Source of the DNA: Minisyncoccia bacterium
GTDB taxonomy: Bacteria; Patescibacteriota; Minisyncoccia; Phycocordibacterales; PALSA-1337
DNA length: 64,000 nucleotides
NCBI GenBank assembly: GCA_049997795.1
Contig: JBEKVT010000002.1
Location: forward strand, 129,664-193,663
Reading direction: 5' to 3'
Shown: piece by piece, positions 21,969 through 31,134 of the stretch
How positions within the stretch are numbered: position 1 is the first letter of the stretch
Layout of the letters: the number at the start of each line of letters is the position of its first letter
The notes under the pieces: model-generated
Seen by the model: the letters and a program-made list of their open reading frames with translations, nothing else
Told to the model about the DNA's origin: nothing
Databases searched by the model: none
Position numbers and translations under genes: made by a program

Positions 21969-22089
21969 GGCTGTATCTTACCACCGTTTCCCCCGCTGCA
22001 CACGGCCGCGTCCGGAGGCGAAGACTGGTTTTTGATTTAGGCCGGTTGATATGCTACATTTCCCGATGTCGGCCTCATTCAAAAGACAT

Positions 22090-22161
22090 TCCGGAGTAGC
22101 TCAGCGGTAGAGCAGTCGCCTGTTAAGCGATTGGTCGGTGGTTCGAATCCACCCTCCGGAG
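22090..22161 (+). tRNA. tRNA-Asn(GTT)
   Basis: TCCGGAG acceptor, TAGCTCAG D-arm, loop CTGTTAA, GGTTCGAATCC. Confidence 0.95.
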
Positions 22162-22183
22162 CCGGTTGTGATATAATCCCGCC

Positions 22184-22396
22184 ATGGATCCCGCGGTGGA
22201 AAAGGAGCTGCGCGAGCAGCGCGAGCTCATCGAGAAGATATACGTCTCGGTCGAAAAGACCAGGAAGTATTACCTTTGGACGGTGTGGGGCACGGTCATC
22301 ATCTTCGTCGTGCCGCTCATCATCCTGGCCTTCGTCTTGCCTTCATTCATGAACACCTATTCCAGCTACTTGACCGGCAGCGGATTGGGTCTGTAG
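22184..22396 (+). CDS. Small single-TM hypothetical protein
   Basis: Charged N-terminus plus TM; resembles 36380-36628; TGATATAAT 6 nt upstream of ATG. Confidence 0.65.
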   Translation: MDPAVEKELREQRELIEKIYVSVEKTRKYYLWTVWGTVIIFVVPLIILAFVLPSFMNTYSSYLTGSGLGL

Positions 22397-22515
22397 GAGC
22401 AGGTTTTGAGCCATATAACGGCAGACACCGGAACCTGGAACGAGAGAACTCATAACAGGGCCTGTGTTGATAAGCTCATGATGATTTGCTTTCGTAAAAG
22501 GGTTACAATATAGCC

Positions 22516-22845
22516 GTGACTCACGAAGAGAACGTTAAGAGCGCCAGAGCTTTGTGGTCGGTCCTCGCCGCGACCGCTTTGATCGGGGTGGCGTATTACA
22601 TCTCTGTCGCCTGGGGCAGCGAAAACTGGGCCATGACCAATTCCCTGTCGCCAGCGGAGGCACAGAGGATCATGGAATCCCTGAAGACGAACCGGGCCAG
22701 CGCCGATCAGAACCCGACCTTGACGCCGGAACAGCAAAAAGCGCTCAACGCTCTGAAAGAGCCCGCTTCAAAGGCCTCGCAACCTTCGCAGAACGAAGCG
22801 CCGGAGGTGAACACCGCCCTGCTCGACGCCTTGAAGGCCCATTAA
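22516..22845 (+). CDS. Membrane-anchored hypothetical protein
   Basis: N-terminal TM, helical C-terminus; -10-like TACAAT 6 nt before GTG. Confidence 0.6.
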   Translation: MTHEENVKSARALWSVLAATALIGVAYYISVAWGSENWAMTNSLSPAEAQRIMESLKTNRASADQNPTLTPEQQKALNALKEPASKASQPSQNEAPEVNTALLDALKAH

Positions 22846-22881
22846 TAGATCTGCAACGCTTAACAAAATAACTTTACAAAC

Positions 22882-24927
22882 ATGCGCCGCCACATGATCA
22901 TCGCCTCAGTCGCCGCCGGAGCCCTCATCGTCGGTCCTCTTCTCGTCCTGGCCGACTGGACCGCCGCCCCGGCCAGCCCGCCTTCCAGCAACGCCAGCGC
23001 TCCTTTGAACGTGAGCAGCACGGACCAGGCCAAGGCTGGCGGCCTTCAAGTGGCTTCTTTCATTTCCACTGGCGGCGCGGAAATAGGGAGCGTATCAGGA
23101 CTCTTGGGCGTCGGTATCAGTCCGAGCTACAAGCTCGACGTCTTGGGCGACATCAACTACACCGGCACCTTCTACCATAACGGCACAGCAGTCTCCTTCG
23201 GCGGCAGCCAGTGGACGACTACGGGTTCTGACATCTATTACAATACCGGCAAGGTTGGCATCGGAACGACGGGGCCAACTTATCCACTTGATGTTCAATC
23301 AAGTACAGGAAATGCCGTGATCAGGGCAAAAAGTACCGCTACCGCTGGCCAATCTTTTATTTTGATAGACCGGGCCACTATTTCTTCGGGAAATGCGGCA
23401 TCGGTTGGTTGGTTGACAAATGGTACATATGATTGGGGGCTTGGAACCTCACAGGGGTCTGCTGGTTCGAGCGACTGGAGCCTCTATAATTATGGGACTT
23501 CAGGCAACGCCATCACTGTTCTAAAGTCGAACAGCAACGTCGGCATCGGAACGGTGAGCCCAGGGTATAAACTGGAAGTCAACGGCAACACGAAGATCGA
23601 TACTGATTTGTATTTATTTAATACGGTATTAAATCCTGCCTCGGGATTTTCAAACCAGAGGGGGGCAGGCTTTAATTCTGCTACCGGAGCATTCGAAGTT
23701 GCAGCGAATAACGTTTCTCCTCTAACGGTAGGCAGATTTGGTGGTACTGGTTCGTTGATTAATTTCAGATACGCAGGCACGAGTATGGGAGATATTTCAA
23801 CTGACGGCACAAATTTGTCTATTATGCCTACCGGCTATGTCGGCATCGGGACGGTGAGCCCGGGGTATAAACTGGAAGTTTATGGGGGTGGTGTGAAAAT
23901 AAACGGCGGTGATCTTTACATTGCTAACACTGCCGCCCAAACAGCCACACAGCTCATCAGCTACAGTAACGCAAACAGTCTCTGGTTGATCCAGCCGACC
24001 ACGCAAAACCTTGTTCTCGCCGATAGCTTAAGTTGGGACCGCAGTATGTCTATTCAATACACTGCCGGCACAACAGGAGCAGGTGCCGGACAGTTGATCA
24101 TCGGGCAAATCAGTAAAAACGCCGGTACTTACACTCATGGGATCACATCTCTGTACACTAATGGTCTGGAAAGAATGAGGATCGATGCTAGCGGCCTTGT
24201 TGACATTGGGATGACCGGAGGAGATCAGAAACTAAACGTTAACGGTCAAATACACGTTTATAATGGCTCAAGCGTGAGCGCTGGCTACGTCTACAGCGAC
24301 AGCTCCGGCTTTGGTTTGTTGAACAATAATGGGAGCTGGATTTCCCGTACTCCGCTTGGCTCAACGGATACTTACTTCAGCACTACCGTCAGCATCAACT
24401 CGAGCAACCCGCTCTACTTCAACACCTACGGCGGCGGCTGGTACATGGTTGACAGCACTTATATAAGAGCGTACAACGATAAATATGTCTATACGGGTGG
24501 CATGATAGAGTCGGGTTCCAGCATGTATTCTCCGATCTACTACGACCTCAACAACAGCGGCTACTATCTCGATCCCGCCAGCACATCCAACCTCAATATC
24601 GTATACGCCCAGGTCTACTACTATTCGGACGCCAATCTGAAAAAGAACGTGGAGTCGCTGTCTTCGGCCGATTCGCTCAAAAAGATCATGGCCCTCGATC
24701 CGGTGACATTCGAATGGAAAGACTCGTCTCGCGGTACGGGTACGAACCTCGGCCTCATAGCCCAGGACGTGGAAAAGGTCCTGCCCGAGGCGGTCCACAC
24801 CGGAAAGGACGGAAAGGCTATAGACCTCGAAGGCTTGTCGGCGTCCATCATATCCGCCATGCAAGAGCAGCAGAAAGAGATAGACGCCCTGACGGCGAGA
24901 GTTAAGGCGCTCGAGGCCAGGCAATAA
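22882..24927 (+). CDS. Secreted tail-fibre-like adhesin with C-terminal intramolecular chaperone (peptidase S74) domain
   Basis: Signal peptide; repeated VGIGTxxPxxxLxV; YSDANLKKNV..L.PVTFEWK..GLIAQDVEKVLPEAV plus terminal coiled coil. Confidence 0.85.
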   Translation: MRRHMIIASVAAGALIVGPLLVLADWTAAPASPPSSNASAPLNVSSTDQAKAGGLQVASFISTGGAEIGSVSGLLGVGISPSYKLDVLGDINYTGTFYHNGTAVSFGGSQWTTTGSDIYYNTGKVGIGTTGPTYPLDVQSSTGNAVIRAKSTATAGQSFILIDRATISSGNAASVGWLTNGTYDWGLGTSQGSAGSSDWSLYNYGTSGNAITVLKSNSNVGIGTVSPGYKLEVNGNTKIDTDLYLFNTVLNPASGFSNQRGAGFNSATGAFEVAANNVSPLTVGRFGGTGSLINFRYAGTSMGDISTDGTNLSIMPTGYVGIGTVSPGYKLEVYGGGVKINGGDLYIANTAAQTATQLISYSNANSLWLIQPTTQNLVLADSLSWDRSMSIQYTAGTTGAGAGQLIIGQISKNAGTYTHGITSLYTNGLERMRIDASGLVDIGMTGGDQKLNVNGQIHVYNGSSVSAGYVYSDSSGFGLLNNNGSWISRTPLGSTDTYFSTTVSINSSNPLYFNTYGGGWYMVDSTYIRAYNDKYVYTGGMIESGSSMYSPIYYDLNNSGYYLDPASTSNLNIVYAQVYYYSDANLKKNVESLSSADSLKKIMALDPVTFEWKDSSRGTGTNLGLIAQDVEKVLPEAVHTGKDGKAIDLEGLSASIISAMQEQQKEIDALTARVKALEARQ

Positions 24928-24948
24928 AAGGGACAAGGAATAAGGAAG

Positions 24949-25914
24949 ATGAAAGACTTCTTCAAAAAACCGCTTTCCGAGACCGCTCTTATCGTCATCG
25001 CTCTTGTCGCAGGCGCCGGCATCGTCTATGCCGCCGCCAACAGCTTCAGCGCCCCGGGAAGCGGCGCCCAGACTTCGATCACCACGAACTTCGGCTGCCA
25101 GAAGGTAACGAACAACACCGGCTCCACCCTCTTCGTGCCAGCCAACACGTCGGCCGAGTGGAATTCCTTCTTGAACCATCTCCCCTCCGGGGTGACCATC
25201 TCTGCCTGCTGCGCCGGCAATTACGGCCAGACGTGCTACTCGGCTTACAACGACTGCGGCCAGAGGAATTCCAGCACTTATGACTGTTCCGGAAACTGCC
25301 CGGCCACCACTCCCGCCGATCCCTCATACTACGGCCAGACGTGCTACTCTAGCTATAACGACTGCAGTCAGAGGAACTCCGGAACGTATAACTGCAGCGA
25401 TGTCTGTTCGGCTTCGACGCCAGCCGATCCAAGTTACTACAACACCAGCTGTTCAGTGACATCGCCACAGAACTCTTGCGGCCAGACTCAGCAATGTGGA
25501 GGTACCTATAATTGTGCTGATACATGCGTCACTGGGACTTGCAATGCTCCTTCCAATAGCGGCTGTCCGATATACGGCTGCACTGACTCGAATGCCTTCA
25601 ACTACAACTCGGGCGCCAATACCAACGACGGCTCGTGCCATTACAACGGCTGCTACACGGTCTACTACGATCTGTATACATTCGGGTACTATGGAGGCGA
25701 TGCTATAGACATCTGTCGCGATAACGTGTATGGCCCGGACAGCTCCGGTCAGTGGCTTGGAACTTGCTCTGGCATCTCGACATGTACGAATGATGCGGCC
25801 TCATACAGTAATAATCTCAGTCTCCCCCACTATAACCAATGTGATGACTGGTCAACAAACCAAAGCGGTGTTGGCATTATCACTTCAGTCGACACTCCGT
25901 ATTCCTGCAATTAG
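24949..25914 (+). CDS. Secreted Cys-rich repeat protein
   Basis: Signal/TM; 36-aa tandem Cys repeats; GCTDSNAFNYNSGANTNDGSC motif. Confidence 0.75.
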   Translation: MKDFFKKPLSETALIVIALVAGAGIVYAAANSFSAPGSGAQTSITTNFGCQKVTNNTGSTLFVPANTSAEWNSFLNHLPSGVTISACCAGNYGQTCYSAYNDCGQRNSSTYDCSGNCPATTPADPSYYGQTCYSSYNDCSQRNSGTYNCSDVCSASTPADPSYYNTSCSVTSPQNSCGQTQQCGGTYNCADTCVTGTCNAPSNSGCPIYGCTDSNAFNYNSGANTNDGSCHYNGCYTVYYDLYTFGYYGGDAIDICRDNVYGPDSSGQWLGTCSGISTCTNDAASYSNNLSLPHYNQCDDWSTNQSGVGIITSVDTPYSCN

Positions 25915-25944
25915 CGCGACCCCTAAGCTAATCCTCATCCAAAA

Positions 25945-26427
25945 ATGAACAAGATCGTAAAATATGTGGTCGGGATCGTCGCGGTAGCCATAATAATAGC
26001 CGTGCTCGTGCTCGGTTATCTCACGTATCAAGGACAGGCTCCGACAGCGGTCGCGCCAAAGGGAGCGCCTGTCTCCACGCCGGTAAACCCCGCTGCCCTG
26101 CTCCGTACGCCCAACGCCTCGTCGACCCAACAGGAACGCGGCTCGTATTTCGACCTTGTGACGAAGAACGCCGTGGAGACTGGCTCTATCGACATAACCT
26201 CTTGTTCGCCGAACCCCGTGGCTTCCTCGGTCAAAAAAGGCGCCGACCTGACCTTCGTCAATAAAGACAGCATGTCTCACACCGTCGCGTTCAACCCGGC
26301 TCAGTCTTTCACCGTCGGCACCACTTCCTCGAAGACGGTGAAGGCGGACTTCGGGAAGTTCTTGGGTATATATCCTTTCAGTTGCGACGGGTCTAGGAAC
26401 CCTGTGGGCATCGTCGTCTTGAAGTGA
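25945..26427 (+). CDS. Membrane-anchored cupredoxin-like fold protein
   Basis: N-terminal TM; PNPV..VKKG..LTFVNKD..HTV..GIYPFSC pattern. Confidence 0.55.
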   Translation: MNKIVKYVVGIVAVAIIIAVLVLGYLTYQGQAPTAVAPKGAPVSTPVNPAALLRTPNASSTQQERGSYFDLVTKNAVETGSIDITSCSPNPVASSVKKGADLTFVNKDSMSHTVAFNPAQSFTVGTTSSKTVKADFGKFLGIYPFSCDGSRNPVGIVVLK

Positions 26428-26454
26428 GCGGCCCCTTATGAGATAACGGACATC

Positions 26455-26482
26455 AAAACCTCCCCGTTGCGGGGAGGTTTTT
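26455..26482. terminator. Intrinsic terminator
   Basis: AAAACCTCCCCG-ttg-CGGGGAGGTTTTT. Confidence 0.8.
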
Positions 26483-26522
26483 GTTGTATAATGCCTCCGG
26501 AAAGCCCAGCTTTCGATCGGCC

Positions 26523-26611
26523 GCCCGGGTGGCGAAATTGGTCATACGCGCAAGACTTAAAATCTTGTTTCCGTTCATTCGGAAGTGTGAGTTCGACTCT
26601 CACCCCGGGCA
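26523..26611 (+). tRNA. tRNA-Leu(TAA)
   Basis: GCCCGGG acceptor, loop CTTAAAA, long variable arm, GTTCGACTC. Confidence 0.93.
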
Positions 26612-26635
26612 CTGCGTGAGAAGGAGAAGGGATCG

Positions 26636-26750
26636 AAGAAGTAACAGGAATAGGGTTTGAAGGACCTTGCGCGCGCGACTGGCGCGCGCATCGAGGGATT
26701 TTCCAGCAGGAAAATCCCGTGTCCGGAAAACCCTATTCCTGTTACTTCTT
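26636..26750. repeat. Y-shaped palindromic element, copy B
   Basis: Perfect 23-bp arms AAGAAGTAACAGGAATAGGGTTT / AAACCCTATTCCTGTTACTTCTT around the core shared with 13859-13921. Confidence 0.85.
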
Positions 26751-27350
26751 TATCTTTACTCTCTTGAGGAAACTCCGGCGATGCTCCGGCGTCAGGCCGT
26801 GCTTCCGGATGGCACGATAATGAGCCTTGGTGCCGTAGCCTTTGTGCACCTCGAAGCCGTGATGCGGATATTTCCTCGCCAATCTCTTCATGCGCCGGTC
26901 GCGCAGGACCTTGGCGCAGATCGAGGCTAGGGCGATGACCCGCTCCTTCGAGTCGCCGTCTATGATGGTCGTCTGGTCCGTATAGCGCCCGGAGGCGTAG
27001 AGCAAACCGTCAAGGAGGATCTTCGAGTCCGGCGAGACGGCGAAGCGGCGTTCGAGCTTCTTCAAGGCGCGATTCAGAGCTGAATATATGGCTGGCGAAA
27101 GGCCCTTCCCGTCGATGGTCTCGGCCCGGCTGAATGAGACAGCGTATAGCGCTTCCCCGTCCTCCATGCGGCTTCTTATCGCCCTGAACCACTCTTCCCT
27201 TTGCTTCTCGGAGAGCTTTTTCGAGTCCTTGACGCCGCGGAATCTCGTGAGGGCCGCTTTCGACCGGACGGCGAAAGCGCCCACCGCCACCGGACCAGCC
27301 AAAGGCCCTCGTCCTGCTTCGTCGACGCCGATTAGATGCTTCCTCGCCAT
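26742..27350 (-). CDS. rnhB: Ribonuclease HII
   Basis: GVDEAGRGPLAGP, DSKKL, ASICAKV.RD, HKGYGT, HRRSF. Confidence 0.96.
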   Translation of the reverse strand: MARKHLIGVDEAGRGPLAGPVAVGAFAVRSKAALTRFRGVKDSKKLSEKQREEWFRAIRSRMEDGEALYAVSFSRAETIDGKGLSPAIYSALNRALKKLERRFAVSPDSKILLDGLLYASGRYTDQTTIIDGDSKERVIALASICAKVLRDRRMKRLARKYPHHGFEVHKGYGTKAHYRAIRKHGLTPEHRRSFLKRVKIKK

Positions 27351-27396
27351 ACGGTCAATTCTACCACTGATTATCTGTTATACTAATCCTACCGCC

Positions 27397-30300
27397 ATGC
27401 CTGCCCGCTTCGTCCACCTCCATACCCATTCCCACTATTCCCTGCTCGCCGCCCTGCCCAAGATAGACGAATTGGTGGCCGAGGCCAAGATCCGCGGCAT
27501 GGACGCCTTGGCGCTCACCGACAACGGCAATATGTACGGCGCCATCGAGTTCTACATGGCCTGCAAGAAGAAGGAGGTCAAGCCGATCCTCGGCGTGGAT
27601 TTCTACGTGGCCGCGCGGGGGCGCAAGGACATGCAGGCAGGTATAGATAATCGACGTGCGCGGCTGGTTTTGCTCGCCATGAACGAGACCGGCTATAAGA
27701 ATCTGTTGAAGCTCGTCACGGCCTCGCATCTCGAGGGCTTCTACTACAAGCCGCGCATAGACCATGAATTGCTTGGACAGATGAATGGAGGTTTGATCGC
27801 CGTCATCCCGTCCTTCTCCGGCGAGATCGCCCAGGCCCTGAAGGGCCGCAACCAGGACAAGGCCGCAGAGACCGCCGATTTCTACAAGAAGGCGTTCGGC
27901 GACCGCCTGTATCTCGAGATAACGAAACATCCCGAGATAGACGGACACGAGCAATCCATGAAAGCTCTCGCCGACTTCGGCAGGAAGCACGGCATCCCGC
28001 CGATGGCCGCTCACGACGTCTATTATCTCCACCCGGAAGACCGCCAAGCCAGGGAAACGCTCCTGCGCGTCAACTCCCATACCGACCCTTCCGACCGGGT
28101 CACGGACGGAGACGAGGATGATTTCTCTTTCATCCCGGCCGAAAAGGCTGAGGAATCATTCAGGGACTTGCCCGAAGCTCTCGACAATACCAGGAAGATA
28201 GCCGACGCTTGTAATCTGGAGCTCATCCTCGGCAAATGGGTCTTTCCGGACTATGTCGCGAAAAACGGCCTGTCGCACGACGCCGAATTGAGGCGCCTCG
28301 TCGAAGATGGCTACGCCAAGAAGGGCCTCGAGAAGACCAAGACGATGGCCGCTCGGGCCGACTATGAGCTAGAGATCATCAAGAACAAGGGTTATGCCCC
28401 GTATTTCCTGGTGGTCGCTGACCTCCTCGGCCACGCCCACGACAAAGGCATCATCACCACAACTAGAGGCTCGGCTGCCGGCTCGTTCGTCTCGTATTTG
28501 ACCGGCATCACCAACGTCGACCCGATCGCCTTCAACCTGCCCTTCGAAAGATTCCTGAATCCGGACCGCCCTTCGCCGCCGGACATCGACATGGACATCG
28601 CCGACAACCGCCGCGACGAGATGATCGGCTACGTCAAGGAAAAGTACGGCGCCGACCGCGTGGCCCAGATCGGCACTTTCGGCACCATGCTCGCCCGCGG
28701 CGCGGTCCGCGACGTGGCCAGGGCCATGGGCTTCCCGTTCGACCGGGGCGACAGGATATCCAAGCTCATCCCTCTCGGCTCACAAGGCTTCCCCATGACC
28801 ATAGACCACGCCATGGAGATGGTGCCGGAGATCCGCGCGATGTACGAGAAAGAGGCGGACACGCGCCGCATCATAGACATGGCGAAGAAGATCGAGGGCT
28901 GCGCCAGGCACATCTCGGTCCATGCCGCCGGGGTGGTCATCGCCCCGGAGCCCCTGGTCGGATTCACGCCGCTCCAGCTCGACCCGAAAGGCGAAGACAA
29001 GATCATCACTCAGTACGACATGTACGCCATCGAGGAGGCCGGCCTTCTGAAGCTCGACTTCCTCGGCATCAGGAACCTCGCCATCCTGGCCGACGCCGTG
29101 GAGCGCTTGAAAAAGATCGAGAACATCGACATCGACATCGAGAACATCCCGCTCGACGACAAGAAGACCTTCGAGATGCTCGCCCGCGGCGAGACCATCG
29201 GCCTTTTCCAGCTGAACGGCTCCGGCATGACGCGCTTTTTGGTCGAGCTCAAACCGACCGTCATCCACGACATCAACCTGATGATCGCCCTCTACCGTCC
29301 GGGCCCGATGGACAACATCAACGAGTACATCTTGCGCAAGAACGGCAAGAAGCCGGTAGTCTATCCTCATCCGGCCATGAAGAAATTCCTGGAGACGAAT
29401 TACGGCGTGATGGTCTATCAGGACGATCTTCTGATGACCGCCGTCGAGGTGGCCGGCTATTCATGGAGCGAGGTGGACAAGTTCCGCAAGGCGGTCGGCA
29501 AGAAGATCCCGGAGGAGATGGCCAAACAGCACAAGACCTTCGTCGAGGGGGCCATGAAGCACGGCGGCCTTTCCGAGAAGAAGGCCGAGGGCATCTGGAA
29601 GCTCTTCGAGCCGTTCCAGGGCTACGGCTTCAACAAGGCCCACGCCGCCTCTTACGGCAAGGTGGCTTACCAGACGGCTTATCTCAAGGCCAATTACCCG
29701 GAGATCTACATGTCGGCTGTCTTATCGGCGGAATCGGGCGATATCGAGACGATCGGCGAGATCGTCACGGAGTGCCGGCGGATGGGCATCCCGGTCCTGC
29801 CGCCTGACGTGAACGAGAGCTACAGCCAATTCACGGTGGTCAAGGAGAGTGCGGGTAAGGAACCGGGCGGTCTTCAGGACACGCAGTCGTCCCCGCCGCT
29901 TCCGCATTATCACCGCATCCGCTTCGGCATGGTGACCATCAAGAATTTCGGCCAAGGCGTCTCGACGGCCATCATCGAGGAACGCAAAAGAGGCGGCAGA
30001 TACAAGTCTCTTGCCGACTTCCTCGGCCGGGTCAAGGACCGTAACCTCAACAGGAAGTCGCTCGAGTCGCTCATCAGGGCCGGCGCCTTGGATTGTTTCG
30101 GCGAGGACCGGGGAGTGATGCTCGCCAACATAGACCGGCTCCTCGAATACAACAAGGAAGGCGGCAAACGGCACAGCGAGCAGGATTCCTTGTTCGGCGG
30201 CATGAGCGACGCCTCGAGCGTGCCAGGCTTGCGCCTCGACCCGGCGCCCAAGGCCGAACTCAAGGAGATGCTGGCCTGGGAGAAGGAGCTCCTCGGCCTT

Positions 30301-30636
30301 TACGTCTCCGGCCACCCGCTCGAGCGCTACCGCGAGACGATCGTCAAGAAGGACATCGACATCAAGAAAGCCAAGGAGACCGCCAAGGAAGGCGCCACGG
30401 TCATCTTGGGCGTGATCGTGAACGCCGTGCGCAACGTCCAGACCAAGAACAACGAGACCATGGCCTTCGTCACCATATCCGATTTCTCCGGCACCGCCGA
30501 GGCCGTAGTCTTCCCGCGCGTCTATAAGGCGCACAAGGAGATGCTCGTGCCGGACGCCTGTTTGGCCATCAGGGCCACCGTCAACACCCGAAACGGCGAA
30601 AAGGGCTTCCTCATCGAGAAAGCCAAGCGGCTATGA
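27397..30636 (+). CDS. dnaE: DNA polymerase III alpha subunit
   Basis: PHP HLHTHSHYSLL, RGSAAGS, PDIDMD, LLKLDFLG, YGFNKAHA, OB fold; start at MPARF (27397). Confidence 0.97.
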   Translation: MPARFVHLHTHSHYSLLAALPKIDELVAEAKIRGMDALALTDNGNMYGAIEFYMACKKKEVKPILGVDFYVAARGRKDMQAGIDNRRARLVLLAMNETGYKNLLKLVTASHLEGFYYKPRIDHELLGQMNGGLIAVIPSFSGEIAQALKGRNQDKAAETADFYKKAFGDRLYLEITKHPEIDGHEQSMKALADFGRKHGIPPMAAHDVYYLHPEDRQARETLLRVNSHTDPSDRVTDGDEDDFSFIPAEKAEESFRDLPEALDNTRKIADACNLELILGKWVFPDYVAKNGLSHDAELRRLVEDGYAKKGLEKTKTMAARADYELEIIKNKGYAPYFLVVADLLGHAHDKGIITTTRGSAAGSFVSYLTGITNVDPIAFNLPFERFLNPDRPSPPDIDMDIADNRRDEMIGYVKEKYGADRVAQIGTFGTMLARGAVRDVARAMGFPFDRGDRISKLIPLGSQGFPMTIDHAMEMVPEIRAMYEKEADTRRIIDMAKKIEGCARHISVHAAGVVIAPEPLVGFTPLQLDPKGEDKIITQYDMYAIEEAGLLKLDFLGIRNLAILADAVERLKKIENIDIDIENIPLDDKKTFEMLARGETIGLFQLNGSGMTRFLVELKPTVIHDINLMIALYRPGPMDNINEYILRKNGKKPVVYPHPAMKKFLETNYGVMVYQDDLLMTAVEVAGYSWSEVDKFRKAVGKKIPEEMAKQHKTFVEGAMKHGGLSEKKAEGIWKLFEPFQGYGFNKAHAASYGKVAYQTAYLKANYPEIYMSAVLSAESGDIETIGEIVTECRRMGIPVLPPDVNESYSQFTVVKESAGKEPGGLQDTQSSPPLPHYHRIRFGMVTIKNFGQGVSTAIIEERKRGGRYKSLADFLGRVKDRNLNRKSLESLIRAGALDCFGEDRGVMLANIDRLLEYNKEGGKRHSEQDSLFGGMSDASSVPGLRLDPAPKAELKEMLAWEKELLGLYVSGHPLERYRETIVKKDIDIKKAKETAKEGATVILGVIVNAVRNVQTKNNETMAFVTISDFSGTAEAVVFPRVYKAHKEMLVPDACLAIRATVNTRNGEKGFLIEKAKRL

Positions 30637-30930
30637 AGCAAGCGTCAGGATCGCGTCGAAATCGTCGTCCTCCGACGCCTTGTTCTTCTTCTCGAATCTG
30701 CATTTAACGCAACGGTGAGTGATCACATAGCCGCCATCTTTGGGCTCGGCGGCGATCGGTTCCATCATGCCTCCGCACCGCTCCAGGCGGTCGCCGGGGT
30801 TCATGTCCACGTGCTTGCTCCAAAGGCACCGCGGGCAGTGGTTGGTATAGCCGCTTCCCTTCACCTCAAAGCCGCAATGCTCGCAGGCGAAATCCTCGAC
30901 GGCGCGCTGGAATCTCTTTGTTTCGTTCAT
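30631..30930 (-). CDS. RNHCP domain protein
   Basis: F.CEHCG..YTNHCPRCLWSKHVD..PGDR...CGGMMEP..HRC..C. Confidence 0.88.
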   Translation of the reverse strand: MNETKRFQRAVEDFACEHCGFEVKGSGYTNHCPRCLWSKHVDMNPGDRLERCGGMMEPIAAEPKDGGYVITHRCVKCRFEKKNKASEDDDFDAILTLAS

Positions 30931-30964
30931 GCTCCGGCCATGAGGACTATAGGTCTCTGGATTG

Positions 30965-31036
30965 TTGCGGGGGCCGGAGTCGAACCGGCATATTCAAGGT
31001 TATGAGCCTTGCGGGTTACCATTACCCTACCCCGCG
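30965..31036 (-). tRNA. tRNA-Met(CAT), probable initiator
   Basis: CGCGGGG.../CCCCGCAA with C1:A72 mismatch; loop CTCATAA. Confidence 0.9.
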
Positions 31037-31134
31037 GCGATTCGACGATTATGGCATAAGATGCCGCCCGGTGCAAATCGAGCCGAATAAAAAGCCGCGA
31101 CACCACGTCGCGGCTGAAGGAGGGCGGGGACGGA

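Noticed and set aside
22882-26427. Prophage or diversity-generating retroelement around the tail-fibre-like gene
   Set aside because: No capsid, terminase, integrase or reverse transcriptase, and no adenine-specific TR/VR pair seen; the protein has a signal peptide
26659-26727. Hammerhead ribozyme interpretation of the three-way-junction core
   Set aside because: Lacks the CUGAnGA and GAAA catalytic core on either strand
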